The position numbers and the translations under genes are program-made. A stretch of 62,461 nt of DNA, counting the filler. It is 8 parts of 8 records of this genome, joined end to end, with 100 filler letters (N's around TTAATTAATTAA, not from the genome) between each part and the next. Parts side by side here need not be neighbours in the genome. Positions count along the whole stretch, not along the records: positions 1 to 7,525 come from SRR31147125_64172; positions 7,626 to 14,183 come from SRR31147125_64300; 6 more parts are not named here. One strand, given 5' to 3'. The notes under the pieces were generated by a model, which saw only the letters and a program-made list of their open reading frames with translations, searched no databases and was not told the DNA's origin. Positions 1-9,554 of the stretch are shown here, in pieces. The first letter of the stretch is position 1; each line of letters starts with the position of its first letter.

Positions 1-383
1 GATATGCAATTATCTGCAGTCTTAACAAAGAGCAGGGTTCTCCCATCAAACTCATCTATTCTGTTAAATTCAACGATACAATTCTTATACTTTAACTTCT
101 GCCCCTTTTTAAATGTATAAGGATCATAGCAATTACCAATGCGCCCGCTATCAATATCTCCCATAGTTTTTGACAACGCAAACATTAAACGCGTTAAATT
201 ATTCTCTGGAAAGACGAATACTAACCGTTTGTTGCCTTTGTATAAATATCGGTTAAGAATGTCAGAACTGATCCTTACTATTGGCGGCACTTTAATTGCA
301 GGATTATTGTTTAGCGAAATTCTGAGACCGCTTAAACAATCATCTTTTTCAAGTTGGTTTGAAACGTATTCATCCCAATTCAT
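1..383 (-). CDS. DrmE-like protein (DISARM class II), N-terminal fragment truncated by the window edge; not in the ORF track
   Basis: Open minus-strand frame from ATG at 383 with AGGAG RBS (389-393): MNWDEYVSNQLEKDDCLSGLRISL...YDPYTFKKGQKLKYKNCIVEFNRIDEFDGRTLLFVKTAD. Lies 16 nt after the AIPR stop. Family call is from recalled similarity and context. Confidence 0.5.
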   Translation of the reverse strand, partial: MNWDEYVSNQLEKDDCLSGLRISLNNNPAIKVPPIVRISSDILNRYLYKGNKRLVFVFPENNLTRLMFALSKTMGDIDSGRIGNCYDPYTFKKGQKLKYKNCIVEFNRIDEFDGRTLLFVKTADNCI

Positions 384-399
384 AGTTTCTCCTACTGGA

Positions 400-2436
400 T
401 TACTTGAACCCTTTATTTAAGGCTTCCTTGTAAACCTTTAACGACTGCTTCGCTTGTTTAAAAGAAGGTTCTCTATTTCGTCCTACAATTGTTCCAACCG
501 AAAACAGCAGGCTCCGTTGCCATGTTTGAAAATTGTTTGTTTCTTTCGCCCAACGCGATAGAGCAAACCACGTTTCAGCAGGAACACAGCTTGCTTCCTC
601 TATTAGCTTCTGTTCATCGTCCGTAATTGTATTGATCCCCATATTATTGCTTTTACTTGAATCCGAAGTGCTCGGTTTTTGTACAGATATCAACTCTTTT
701 TGAAGTTCTTTTGTAACCGAATACTCAGTCTGAACAAAAGCGCTCCATGAACGTACATTCTTACACCATTCTCCAATGTTTCTGCCTCCAGGAGGATTAA
801 CAATATGTGCATGAGCTAACTTTGAAATCTCAACAATCTCAGATTCAAGCGCAGGCGACAGTTTTTGCTCTTTCCATATTTGATTGAGATTAATCCGCTG
901 CGATGTTTTGTGTGATAAAAATGCTAGTGTATATGTAACAATATTGGCTCTATAGCCACCATAGTTTTGTGCTTGTACAAGTTTCTCCGTACTCTTAAAC
1001 ATAATAGCTTTCGCTATTAAATGCTCATAGTATTGTACATCTATTTTTATATTCCCTCTTTCGTTTACTCTTATCATGAATTTCTTAAAGTTCTTTTGAG
1101 CGCCCTCGCTGACTTGATGCGGGAGCTGATCCCAAGTATTCTCATATTTCGCCAAATCAGTTTTCGTGAACATCGGGTGTTCTTCTCTAAACTGCCTTCT
1201 ACGCAATGCCGTAGTTTGCTTTGACACTTCATCCGCATACTGCCCTCTGGCCCGCTCATAAAACCAATTGCGCGGTTTCATGCCATTTTGGGCAGGTGCC
1301 CAAACCACCCTGGATATCTCTTCAATCTTTCTGTGAAATGGATCATTTGCAGAAAAATCTGCAATTTGCACTCGATTTTGAGTGTTCGCATATGCCGATA
1401 TTTTCGGAACTATTTCATCCATATTTTCAGCATCATCAATAACAGAAAGTTTCATTTGAATAAACACATTGGATAAATCGGCTTGGATTCTTTTGTCATT
1501 CTTGGCATTGAACAGCGACGCTGTAGTTTGTCCGCCATTTACGATTTGTATGTCCCGAATCTTCTTTATCGCTGGCTTGCCATTTTCATCTCTGATGATA
1601 TCGACACTTTCAGCCGTAACGGATATCCCATTGTTATATGCAAGAAACATATCAGGCTCATCTGCTATTGTATCCCTTATGCCTTTATTCACCTTTCCTC
1701 TTGCTTGTAAGAATGACCTGACGTTTCTTTCAAGGAGTCGTGCCCCGTACTCAGCATAAACCGCTGCTAAATAATCTCCAGGCAGAATAGCCATGTAGAC
1801 ACTGTACTTATCACTACTCTTATTCTCGATACACTCAATTGAAGAACCGAATAATTCAATAAAATCCAACTCAATTGTTTCCCGCATTTTACCCGAATTT
1901 ACACATCGGTATAAACGGTCAACGTCCCATACCGAAAAAGAAATAGTAGCTCCACCTATTGAAATATCGTGAAACTTTATAGGCTTAACAACACCATTTG
2001 TTAAAGCAATCAATCGTACATTTTTAATGCTTTTCCGATTCTTAAATACTATATGGGCGAAACCATATGTATCACTGTCACGTTTAAATGACTCATACAA
2101 ATCATTCGTGGCTTTCCTAAAAAGCTGTATCCCTCTTTTCAGACAAGCATCGATCTCTGTTCTTGAAACACTTTTAGGTTCTGTATCATCAATGAATAAG
2201 CTTACATAAATATCTACAGTCTCAAAATCCTCAGAAATCGAATACCCGTTCATTTGAAGTCCATGTGCGCGATACGGACATAAAACTGGATCAAGGACTT
2301 CTCCTGCCTCCTCCAAATACTCCAGAATGATTGTAGTAAAAATATCGTCAGCTTTATGGCAAAAAGCATCCGCTTCTTTTGCCTGTGCTACTTCCTGATG
2401 TAAACTTCGCGAGAACTCCTTTAAGTTTTGTTTCAC
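400..2436 (-). CDS. AIPR family protein (abortive infection phage resistance)
   Basis: Motifs LLERNVRSFLQ, FLAYNNGIS, QIVNGGQTTASL, YANTQN, WFYERARGQY; GTG start with AGGAG RBS. Confidence 0.9.
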   Translation of the reverse strand: MKQNLKEFSRSLHQEVAQAKEADAFCHKADDIFTTIILEYLEEAGEVLDPVLCPYRAHGLQMNGYSISEDFETVDIYVSLFIDDTEPKSVSRTEIDACLKRGIQLFRKATNDLYESFKRDSDTYGFAHIVFKNRKSIKNVRLIALTNGVVKPIKFHDISIGGATISFSVWDVDRLYRCVNSGKMRETIELDFIELFGSSIECIENKSSDKYSVYMAILPGDYLAAVYAEYGARLLERNVRSFLQARGKVNKGIRDTIADEPDMFLAYNNGISVTAESVDIIRDENGKPAIKKIRDIQIVNGGQTTASLFNAKNDKRIQADLSNVFIQMKLSVIDDAENMDEIVPKISAYANTQNRVQIADFSANDPFHRKIEEISRVVWAPAQNGMKPRNWFYERARGQYADEVSKQTTALRRRQFREEHPMFTKTDLAKYENTWDQLPHQVSEGAQKNFKKFMIRVNERGNIKIDVQYYEHLIAKAIMFKSTEKLVQAQNYGGYRANIVTYTLAFLSHKTSQRINLNQIWKEQKLSPALESEIVEISKLAHAHIVNPPGGRNIGEWCKNVRSWSAFVQTEYSVTKELQKELISVQKPSTSDSSKSNNMGINTITDDEQKLIEEASCVPAETWFALSRWAKETNNFQTWQRSLLFSVGTIVGRNREPSFKQAKQSLKVYKEALNKGFK

Positions 2437-2449
2437 TATCCCCTTCTCC

Positions 2450-3763
2450 TCACTTTAACATTTCCTTAATCGCCTTGGCTATTGCTTGAGCCATAAGTGG
2501 CGGAACTGCATTGCCAACTTGTACATACTGTGATGTACGTGGCCCTTCGAACTTATAGTTATCGGGAAAGCTCTGTATCCTTGCTGCTTCTCGAACAGTT
2601 AATGATCTGCATTGTTCTATATCTGGGTGAATATTATAGTGCCCGTCTTTCGAGATGTGCGCCATAATTGTATGAGGTGTTTTGTCCCAAAAATGCACCC
2701 TGAAACGGTCTTGAAAAGTTGTTTGATTCTTGTGAGTTTTCAGAGACTCGGGTAAATCAATATAATTTTTAAACTCTCCACTTATACGCCTTTTATATAT
2801 TTCAAGATCCCTTGGTTGGTTGGGACGTGCTTTGTGATTAATTACACCGCAGCTGTTTTCTCTCATGATCTTATGAAAAGCGTTTCCAGGCTTACAATCA
2901 GGATATGGTAACACTATAGTATCGTCACCTTCTCCCGCTTTGATGCAAGGCAAATCACCTATTGCAGTTCTTGTTGTCAAATCCGCTTTATCATATATGC
3001 TATATTTATCAAAGTCAGGATAAGTTGCTTTCAGGGTTTTTTTAACACCAATTAGTATTATCCTCTTTCTGCTCTGACAAACTCCGAATTCCGTAGCATT
3101 ATAAATCCCGCCGCTACCAACATCATTTTTATTCTTTGCCACTAATAATCTATAGCCCGCACGGTTAAACTCACTGCAAATCTTATCGAAAATAGCTCCG
3201 CCTGCCATAGTTTTGATACCAAGCACATTCTCAAACACAAAAACTTCTGGTTGAAAATGATTTAGCACTTGCATATAATACTTGTAAAGATTCAGTTTTA
3301 TATCGTCCTGTGTTTTATTCTGAAAATGTCTTGCAATAAGCGAAAATGCTTGGCAAGGTGGACCCCCAATTACGACATCAACATTTGTTGCTTCAAGGTT
3401 CTCAAGCGCTTTATCTATATCCTGTATTATTTCATCTGTAGCAAAGACGCCCTCTTCCTTTTCAGGATCTCCGAAGGCTTTGCAAATTATGCTTTCATTG
3501 ATTTTTTCCTCTAATCCTGAGTACGAACTAAATAGTATATCCCTTCTTTTATCATCAAAATTTCGGTATGTAGCACCACTTCTAAGATAATCAAAATATC
3601 GCTCCAAGTCTCCACGCGAAAACATATGTCTGTATGCTTCTCTCGTTTTGAGCGTTTCACACATCCAGCGTTCTTTTTCCACATGAGCCGCAATAAGAAA
3701 CCCTTCTCTTGCAAACCCTTCAGAAAGCCCCCCAGCTCCCGAAAACAAATCAACAACTATCAT
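2450..3763 (-). CDS. DNA (cytosine-5)-methyltransferase (Dcm/DrmMII-like)
   Basis: Motif I DLFSGAGG, catalytic GGPPCQ, ENV, QSRKR, R.LTVREAARIQSFPD, GNAVPP. Confidence 0.95.
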   Translation of the reverse strand: MIVVDLFSGAGGLSEGFAREGFLIAAHVEKERWMCETLKTREAYRHMFSRGDLERYFDYLRSGATYRNFDDKRRDILFSSYSGLEEKINESIICKAFGDPEKEEGVFATDEIIQDIDKALENLEATNVDVVIGGPPCQAFSLIARHFQNKTQDDIKLNLYKYYMQVLNHFQPEVFVFENVLGIKTMAGGAIFDKICSEFNRAGYRLLVAKNKNDVGSGGIYNATEFGVCQSRKRIILIGVKKTLKATYPDFDKYSIYDKADLTTRTAIGDLPCIKAGEGDDTIVLPYPDCKPGNAFHKIMRENSCGVINHKARPNQPRDLEIYKRRISGEFKNYIDLPESLKTHKNQTTFQDRFRVHFWDKTPHTIMAHISKDGHYNIHPDIEQCRSLTVREAARIQSFPDNYKFEGPRTSQYVQVGNAVPPLMAQAIAKAIKEMLK

Positions 3764-4286
3764 ATACTTTTCTGCCCCTAATATCTATTAATGCTATTAT
3801 GTACTTAGTGCCACCTATCAAGAATCCGAATGCTTTTCCTAACAAGTATATGCTTTTTATTATAGCATATATTGTGTAGCTATGTAATCATATACATTAT
3901 CAGTGCCAACGCGAAAACCGTGTGGCAACTTTGATACATAATCCACGTTTGAACGCTTTCCTACACTAATACCATTTGGAAGAATACAATGATCAATAGA
4001 TTTCTTTGTGCTTTACTCCGGGTTGTTCAGCAAGAAATAATGATCTAATCGCAGAAGACCGAGTCACGAAGATAGCAGCGTCCCTTTCCTTAAGTCACTA
4101 CATCTTTATAATACTCCATCCACTATCCAAAAAGCGGGACAGCGCTATAGAGTAAATCGAAATAGTAAATCGAAATCAGTATATCAGACATCGCTTATAT
4201 TTTCCATTACTGTTAACATGGTTATATCTACGTTGTTATGGCTGGCAATCAGAAAAGCATTACCAGCCACAACTGATTTCGTACAT

Positions 4287-4715
4287 TCAGCCTATAATGC
4301 CTATCTTCAATTGCCTTAATACATTATCCCTCCGATACCTCACCGTCCCCTCATTCACACCGAGCCTCTTTGCAACCATCCGACAAGAAACCCCATCAAA
4401 AAAGAGCAGCCGGATCAGCATCTTATCCGCTGCATCCAACTGCTCTATCGCCGTATGCATTTTCTCGATCATTATGTTCTCCGCCGCCGCTTCTTCCACC
4501 ATGTCATGCGGCGTTGCCCCAAGCATTGCATACATCCCATCCTCAACCAATCTTTCATACGACTCCATTCGGTCCTTCTCAATCCGTTTGATATACTTCC
4601 ATCGCTCCATCTCCGCATAGTATGCAGCATATTCCTCTCCCGAAACAGTAAACATCTCGTCTCCGATTCTGATCGTTCCTTCTTCGCGTTGCTTCTTAAA
4701 CTGATTACCTTTCAT
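4287..4715 (-). CDS. Sigma70 region-4 HTH protein (ICE regulatory, Tn916 Orf7-like)
   Basis: C-terminal HTH (LIRLLFFDGVSCRMVAKRLGVNEGTVRYR); ATG at 4715 with GGAGGTG RBS. Confidence 0.7.
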   Translation of the reverse strand: MKGNQFKKQREEGTIRIGDEMFTVSGEEYAAYYAEMERWKYIKRIEKDRMESYERLVEDGMYAMLGATPHDMVEEAAAENIMIEKMHTAIEQLDAADKMLIRLLFFDGVSCRMVAKRLGVNEGTVRYRRDNVLRQLKIGIIG

Positions 4716-4812
4716 ATTGCACCTCCGATTTGATTCGTTTTGAGTAGCCAAATCAGAGGTAGGCGGATCCCGATTGTTCACGCAAAGCCTTTCCCCACAC
4801 TGCAGTTGAAAG

Positions 4813-4902
4813 TAAAAAAGGCCGCCGGATTTTCATCCGACGACCTTCGTTATGGTCCGTTATTTGGGTAAAGCAAAAGCCTCGGCGTTTCCACCAAGGC
4901 TT
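4813..4902 (-). terminator. Two tandem intrinsic terminator-like hairpins upstream of the sigma70-r4 gene
   Basis: aaaaaaggccgccgga-ttttca-tccgacgacctt and aaaagcctcgg-cgtttcca-ccaaggctt, with U tails on the minus strand. Confidence 0.5.
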
Positions 4903-4932
4903 ACTTCTCCCAGCATGACCATTCTATTGTGT

Positions 4933-5532
4933 TTAAAGTACGCTTACAATTTGCTTTACGTCCGGCTTTCGTTGATATCGCGTCCGTCTTTGGTTCGCAG
5001 AGGGTTCACTCCTTGACTGCTCTTTCAAAGGCGGCAATGTATACCCCCACAACACAACACCAAACAGGTTGATCGCTTCCTTTTTGCGCTTGTAATATTG
5101 CGTCCGCTCGATCTCCAACATCTCGATCAGCCGCGCGTCTGTATACCGCGTTTTCCCGATAAACTTCTTTGTCAGTATGCTGAAAAATAACTCTCCATAC
5201 TCCGGATACGCTTTGATCCGAAGCAACGTCCTATCCACGAGCTCGATCATGAGTTTGCTCTCCGCGATATTGAGCAGCTTCTCCTCCGCTCTGTCCTTGT
5301 CGATATCGCCCTCAAAGTCGAACGCGAGGTAATCCGCTAGTTGCGCGATGCGCCGTCCGCCAAACTCATATGCTGCAGTGTCCGCTTCACACATGGATTC
5401 CTGCGTTCTCCATACAACGTCTCTATAAATCTTCAACAACAGCTTCGCCTTATGAAACAACTTGTCATTGTACTGCTTGTCGCGATCGATCACCGCTGTG
5501 ATTTGCTTTATATAGTTCGTATCTGTTTTCAA
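4933..5532 (-). CDS. Hypothetical ICE/phage regulatory protein (possible RinA/ArpU-like C-terminal HTH)
   Basis: 199-aa ORF, TTG start with AGGAGG RBS, divergent from Xre; ERTQYYKRKKEAI motif. Confidence 0.5.
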   Translation of the reverse strand: MKTDTNYIKQITAVIDRDKQYNDKLFHKAKLLLKIYRDVVWRTQESMCEADTAAYEFGGRRIAQLADYLAFDFEGDIDKDRAEEKLLNIAESKLMIELVDRTLLRIKAYPEYGELFFSILTKKFIGKTRYTDARLIEMLEIERTQYYKRKKEAINLFGVVLWGYTLPPLKEQSRSEPSANQRRTRYQRKPDVKQIVSVL

Positions 5533-5575
5533 TGATAATTCCTCCTGATCGTATATTCGCTTGATCCGCCAGGGC

Positions 5576-5604
5576 TTGACAGATGAAGCCGTGCGAAGTA
5601 GAAT
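5576..5604 (+). promoter_or_regulatory. sigmaA promoter for xre-immA (TTGACA-17-TAGAAT)
   Basis: TTGACA 5576-5581, 17-nt spacer, TAGAAT 5599-5604. Confidence 0.75.
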
Positions 5605-5631
5605 GTACTTAAGTTCATTAACTTCATCAAT

Positions 5632-5660
5632 ATTCTAATCGTATGATGAATCTTTGTCAA
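5632..5660 (-). promoter_or_regulatory. sigmaA promoter for the leftward operon (TTGACA-17-TAGAAT)
   Basis: Minus strand TTGACA 5660-5655, 17-nt spacer, TAGAAT 5637-5632. Confidence 0.75.
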
Positions 5661-5707
5661 TATATAAAATGAACTTTATGAAGTTATAATGCAGTTTGGA
5701 GGATCTC

Positions 5708-6133
5708 ATGAAGACTTTCTCAGACAAAGTAAGAGAAGCGCGCAACTTACTTCATCTCAACCAGCAGGAGCTCGGCGATCTCGTCGGCGTGTCCAAGCGT
5801 TCGATCGCGGCATACGAGACAGACGGCGTCAAACCGCGCCCAAGCACAATCCGCAAGCTGGCGGAAGCGCTGCAGGTTTCCGTTGACTATTTGGATAACG
5901 ACGATATCGATGATCCGATGAACGGAATCGAAAAGAAAGAGTACGTTGAGGAAACCCGCGCTCGGTTCGGTGATCAGGCCGCAAAGGAGATGGACTTTTT
6001 GCTCGAGCGCAACGCTGCGCTTTTTGCCGGCGGCTCGATTGACCAGGAATCGAAGGATGCTTTCTTTGAGGCTGTCATGAAAGCATATTTGACGTGCAAG
6101 GAAGAGGCACGGAAAAATACTCCCTCAAAATAA
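5708..6133 (+). CDS. Xre/ImmR-like HTH repressor
   Basis: LNQQELGDLVGVSKRSIAAYETDGVKP HTH_3 pattern; GGAGG RBS. Confidence 0.9.
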   Translation: MKTFSDKVREARNLLHLNQQELGDLVGVSKRSIAAYETDGVKPRPSTIRKLAEALQVSVDYLDNDDIDDPMNGIEKKEYVEETRARFGDQAAKEMDFLLERNAALFAGGSIDQESKDAFFEAVMKAYLTCKEEARKNTPSK

Positions 6134-6231
6134 TCAATACCGGTCGCGCCCCGACAAAGCCATGTCCGTATTTTCGGACTACATCTACGATATTATTTAT
6201 ATTAGTTTATACACTACACAGGCAGGTTAAA

Positions 6232-6753
6232 ATGACAACAGACTATATCATCCAGCAAACCCACCAAATCAAGAATAAACATCAAACCAACGACCCGTTC
6301 GCCCTATGCCACGACTTAGGAATTAATTTATTGCCTCAAGCCCTCGGTAAAAAGTCTACATCAATCAAAGGCTTCTACTTGACTTTCGACGGCGTCCGCA
6401 CCATTACGCTCAACACGGACATCTCCGATGAGTTGCAGCGTGTTGTATTAATGCACGAAATCGGCCATGATACACTACACCGTGATGAAGCGATGATCCG
6501 AACTTTCCACGACATCTCTCCCTTTGACATGACTTCCAAATATGAGTATGAAGCAAACTTATTCACTGCCGAGTACTTATTGGATGACACGGCCGTGCTA
6601 GAGCTGTTCGATCAGCGCTTTTCCTTCTTCGAAACAGCGGCACGTCTGCACATCCCCGCCGATTTGCTGACCTTCAAGGTCCATCTTCTGCAGCACAAGG
6701 GATACGAACTGAATGATTCACCTATACAAATCAACAGCTGCTATCTTAGATAA
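6232..6753 (+). CDS. ImmA/IrrE family metallo-endopeptidase (anti-repressor)
   Basis: HEIGH zinc motif and EYEANLF; adjacent to Xre. Confidence 0.88.
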   Translation: MTTDYIIQQTHQIKNKHQTNDPFALCHDLGINLLPQALGKKSTSIKGFYLTFDGVRTITLNTDISDELQRVVLMHEIGHDTLHRDEAMIRTFHDISPFDMTSKYEYEANLFTAEYLLDDTAVLELFDQRFSFFETAARLHIPADLLTFKVHLLQHKGYELNDSPIQINSCYLR

Positions 6754-6787
6754 GATGGACCTGTGTTTCGTTTTACAGCTATGGCCC

Positions 6788-7525
6788 TTACAGCAGCGAC
6801 ACCACAAACACCAGCTCATGCCGCACCGTATAGCTCCCGTCAAACGCCAGCCCATGCCTGCCACACAATCGCAACGCCGCTCCACAGCCCTTCGCCAACG
6901 CGCCGATATACGTATCGTCTATCTCCACAGCATACACCGGTTCTTCCATCTCCGACTGCGACATCAACCACTGCGAAGCATCCGTATACTGCAACCCCAG
7001 CGCGATATAACGCTTCGTACCTTCACGGTTCAACCCTGTCCAATCTACACTGTCCGGCAGCACGTCCTCAAACACCAAATCGCGATCCGCGCTAGCCGCA
7101 AACGTCTCGATAGTAACCTTCACCGGCACTTTGGAATTATTGCTGATTGCAATATCCGGACAGCAGAAACCATCCGCACTGTTCGGATCGATGGTGTACG
7201 ATATGTTCGCGGGATGCGTAAACGAAATCTCCAGTGCATCGATCGTACCAACGACCGGCACCGTGCTGTCGACATTCCCAGTCCCCATCGCGGTAATCAT
7301 TTGATTTGTCGAAATCACATTCGGCTGTAACACATCCTCTCTCGATTCGCTGTCCGACTGATAATAGCCGTTATCACCCCATCCGCAAATCGCTCCGTCA
7401 TCTGTCATTGCATATACGCTGCGGTCAACATTCTCAATACCCACAACCCCATTCAAATCAGGAATCAACGACGGCGCTGCAGGCGCTGCAATTGCAGACT
7501 TCACACCGATACCGGCTTGTCCTCT
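6788..7525 (-). CDS. C-terminal part of an RCC1-repeat-containing surface protein (5' truncated at contig end)
   Basis: YAMTDDGAICGWGDNGYYQ resembles an RCC1 repeat; the frame runs to the linker. Confidence 0.45.
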   Translation of the reverse strand, partial: RGQAGIGVKSAIAAPAAPSLIPDLNGVVGIENVDRSVYAMTDDGAICGWGDNGYYQSDSESREDVLQPNVISTNQMITAMGTGNVDSTVPVVGTIDALEISFTHPANISYTIDPNSADGFCCPDIAISNNSKVPVKVTIETFAASADRDLVFEDVLPDSVDWTGLNREGTKRYIALGLQYTDASQWLMSQSEMEEPVYAVEIDDTYIGALAKGCGAALRLCGRHGLAFDGSYTVRHELVFVVSLL

Positions 7526-7625
7526 NNNNNNNNNNNNNNNNNNNNNNNNNNNNNNNNNNNNNNNNNNNNTTAATTAATTAANNNNNNNNNNNNNNNNNNN
7601 NNNNNNNNNNNNNNNNNNNNNNNNN
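7526..7625. other. Artificial contig linker (N-TTAATTAATTAA-N)
   Basis: 100-nt N run with six-frame-stop core. Confidence 0.99.
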
Positions 7626-7699
7626 GCAAGTACGCCTGCATCGCGCGTCACTGTGTTCGCCCTGATCTGACACACACTTGCCGATTTCGCGACAAAGCC

Positions 7700-9448
7700 T
7701 CATGAACAAACCGAGCTGGGAGCTGTGATTTTTTCGTCTACCTGGCCCACCAGACGGATGACTTCCGCCAGGCTGGTGGTTCCATCAAAGGCACGCTTCA
7801 TTCCGCCCTGCAGAAGGGACTGATAGCCGGGGCGGTTTTTCACCTCGCGGCTGAAAAGAGCGCTGTCGTTTTTTCTCAATGCGTCGGCAAGCACTTCGTC
7901 CATCTCAAGGATTTCAAAGATGCCGACTCGCCCCCGGTAGCCTGTATTGTTGCATTGGGAGCAACCATCACCCATCTGAAACTGATGTTTTTGCGCGGCC
8001 TCTTCTCCCATAACGGATTTCAACCAGATCAGTTCGGAGCCCGCGGGCGAGACGGGGCCGGCGCAGTTCCGGCAGACCTTTCTGACCAGGCGCTGGGCAA
8101 TGACCCCACGCAGCGAACTCGCCACAATATACCCTTCGGCTCCCATATCGAGAAAACGGATCGCGGTGCTGACAACGTTGTTGGTATGCATGGTGGAAAG
8201 GACCAGATGTCCTGTCATGGCGGCACGAAGACCGATCTCCACGGTTTCCTCGTCACGCATTTCTCCCACCATGATGACGTCGGGATCATGCCGCAGCGCG
8301 GTCCGCAGAACACCGGCAAAAGTCAGCTCTATGCGGGAATTCACCTGGACCTGGTTGATTCTCGGCAGGCAGTATTCAATCGGGTCTTCGACTGTGATTA
8401 TCTTGCGCTCCGAACGATTCAGTTTATCCAGCGCGGCATACAGAGTGGTGGTTTTTCCACTCCCGGTGGGCCCGGTAACCAGAATCATCCCCTGGGGGGC
8501 ATTGATCAGATTGCTGAAACTTCGGAGATCGGATTCGGTCATGCCCAGGTGCTCCATCCCAAAGCGCGAAGTCGAATGATCCAGAAGCCGCATGACCACC
8601 GCTTCACCGTGATACAGGGGCATGGTGGAGAGCCTGACATCGATGCTTTTTCCCTGCACCTTGACATTGAAACGGCCGTCCTGGGGAAGCCGTTTTTCAG
8701 AAATATCGAGCCCGCTCATCAGCTTGAGCCTGGAGATCAAAGCGCTGACAATGCGTTTTTCATTCATAACCTGTTCATGGAGGATACCGTCGACCCGCTG
8801 GCGGATACGGAGAACGCTTTCATCCGGTTCGATATGAATATCCGAAGCCCCGGCCATGACCGCGTCCTCGAACAAACTTCTCAGCAGCCTGACCACCGGG
8901 GCGTTTTCCATCTCGGAATCGACCTGCAGGTCCGAAAGATCGACACCGCCGACGGCCAGCTCTTCATTGAGCTCGGAGGCAAGATTGACAATCTCATCGG
9001 TGCGCCGGTAGTAATTATCGATGGTCCGCAACAAATCCGTCTCGCGGACAACCGCCAGCTCAACAGGTTTTTTGAGGATTTTTGTCAGGGCATCATAGGC
9101 AAAAAGGTTGTTGGGATCCGCCATGCCGACAAGTAACTTTTCCGGGTATTCCTTAAGCACAATCGCGCGAAAACGGCGCGCATAGGTCTCCGGGAGGAGA
9201 TGCACCGCCTCATTATTGAACTGATAATGATTGAGATCCACGTAGGTTATGTGAAGCTGTTTCGCCAGGAACTCCAGAAAATCCTTGGAGCTCAGGTAAC
9301 CGAGTTCAATCAGGGTATCGCCAAGCTTGGAGCCGGTTTCCAACTGCGTTTTAAGCGCCGTCTGCAGCTGCTTGTCGGTAATGATATTGTGCTGAACCAG
9401 TAACTCGCCAATCCGTATTTTTTTCGTGCTATCATTTTTTGCTATCAC
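7700..9448 (-). CDS. mshE: MSHA pilus assembly ATPase with N-terminal MshEN c-di-GMP-binding domain
   Basis: RIGELLVQHNIIT..QLQTALKTQ...KLGDTLIELG tandem MshEN motif; Walker A GPTGSGKT; GEMRD; Zn-binding CxxC pairs; start uncertain. Confidence 0.9.
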   Translation of the reverse strand: MIAKNDSTKKIRIGELLVQHNIITDKQLQTALKTQLETGSKLGDTLIELGYLSSKDFLEFLAKQLHITYVDLNHYQFNNEAVHLLPETYARRFRAIVLKEYPEKLLVGMADPNNLFAYDALTKILKKPVELAVVRETDLLRTIDNYYRRTDEIVNLASELNEELAVGGVDLSDLQVDSEMENAPVVRLLRSLFEDAVMAGASDIHIEPDESVLRIRQRVDGILHEQVMNEKRIVSALISRLKLMSGLDISEKRLPQDGRFNVKVQGKSIDVRLSTMPLYHGEAVVMRLLDHSTSRFGMEHLGMTESDLRSFSNLINAPQGMILVTGPTGSGKTTTLYAALDKLNRSERKIITVEDPIEYCLPRINQVQVNSRIELTFAGVLRTALRHDPDVIMVGEMRDEETVEIGLRAAMTGHLVLSTMHTNNVVSTAIRFLDMGAEGYIVASSLRGVIAQRLVRKVCRNCAGPVSPAGSELIWLKSVMGEEAAQKHQFQMGDGCSQCNNTGYRGRVGIFEILEMDEVLADALRKNDSALFSREVKNRPGYQSLLQGGMKRAFDGTTSLAEVIRLVGQVDEKITAPSSVCS

Positions 9449-9554
9449 TCCATTAAATTCCGCGGCAGAGCATTCCCCAAACCCGAGCTCAAAACATCTC
9501 AACCCCCAACAGTTTCACATGGTCAGTACTAATTTAAAGTCAGATTCCACCGTC

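Noticed and set aside
4152-4176. Tandem GTAAATCGAAAT(A) duplication
   Set aside because: Only two copies with no supporting context; no function assignable
7955-9136. 393-aa plus-strand ORF and similar long antisense ORFs (e.g. 11715-12515, 50893-51819, 6713-7330)
   Set aside because: Shadow frames opposite well-supported genes, with no recognisable motifs
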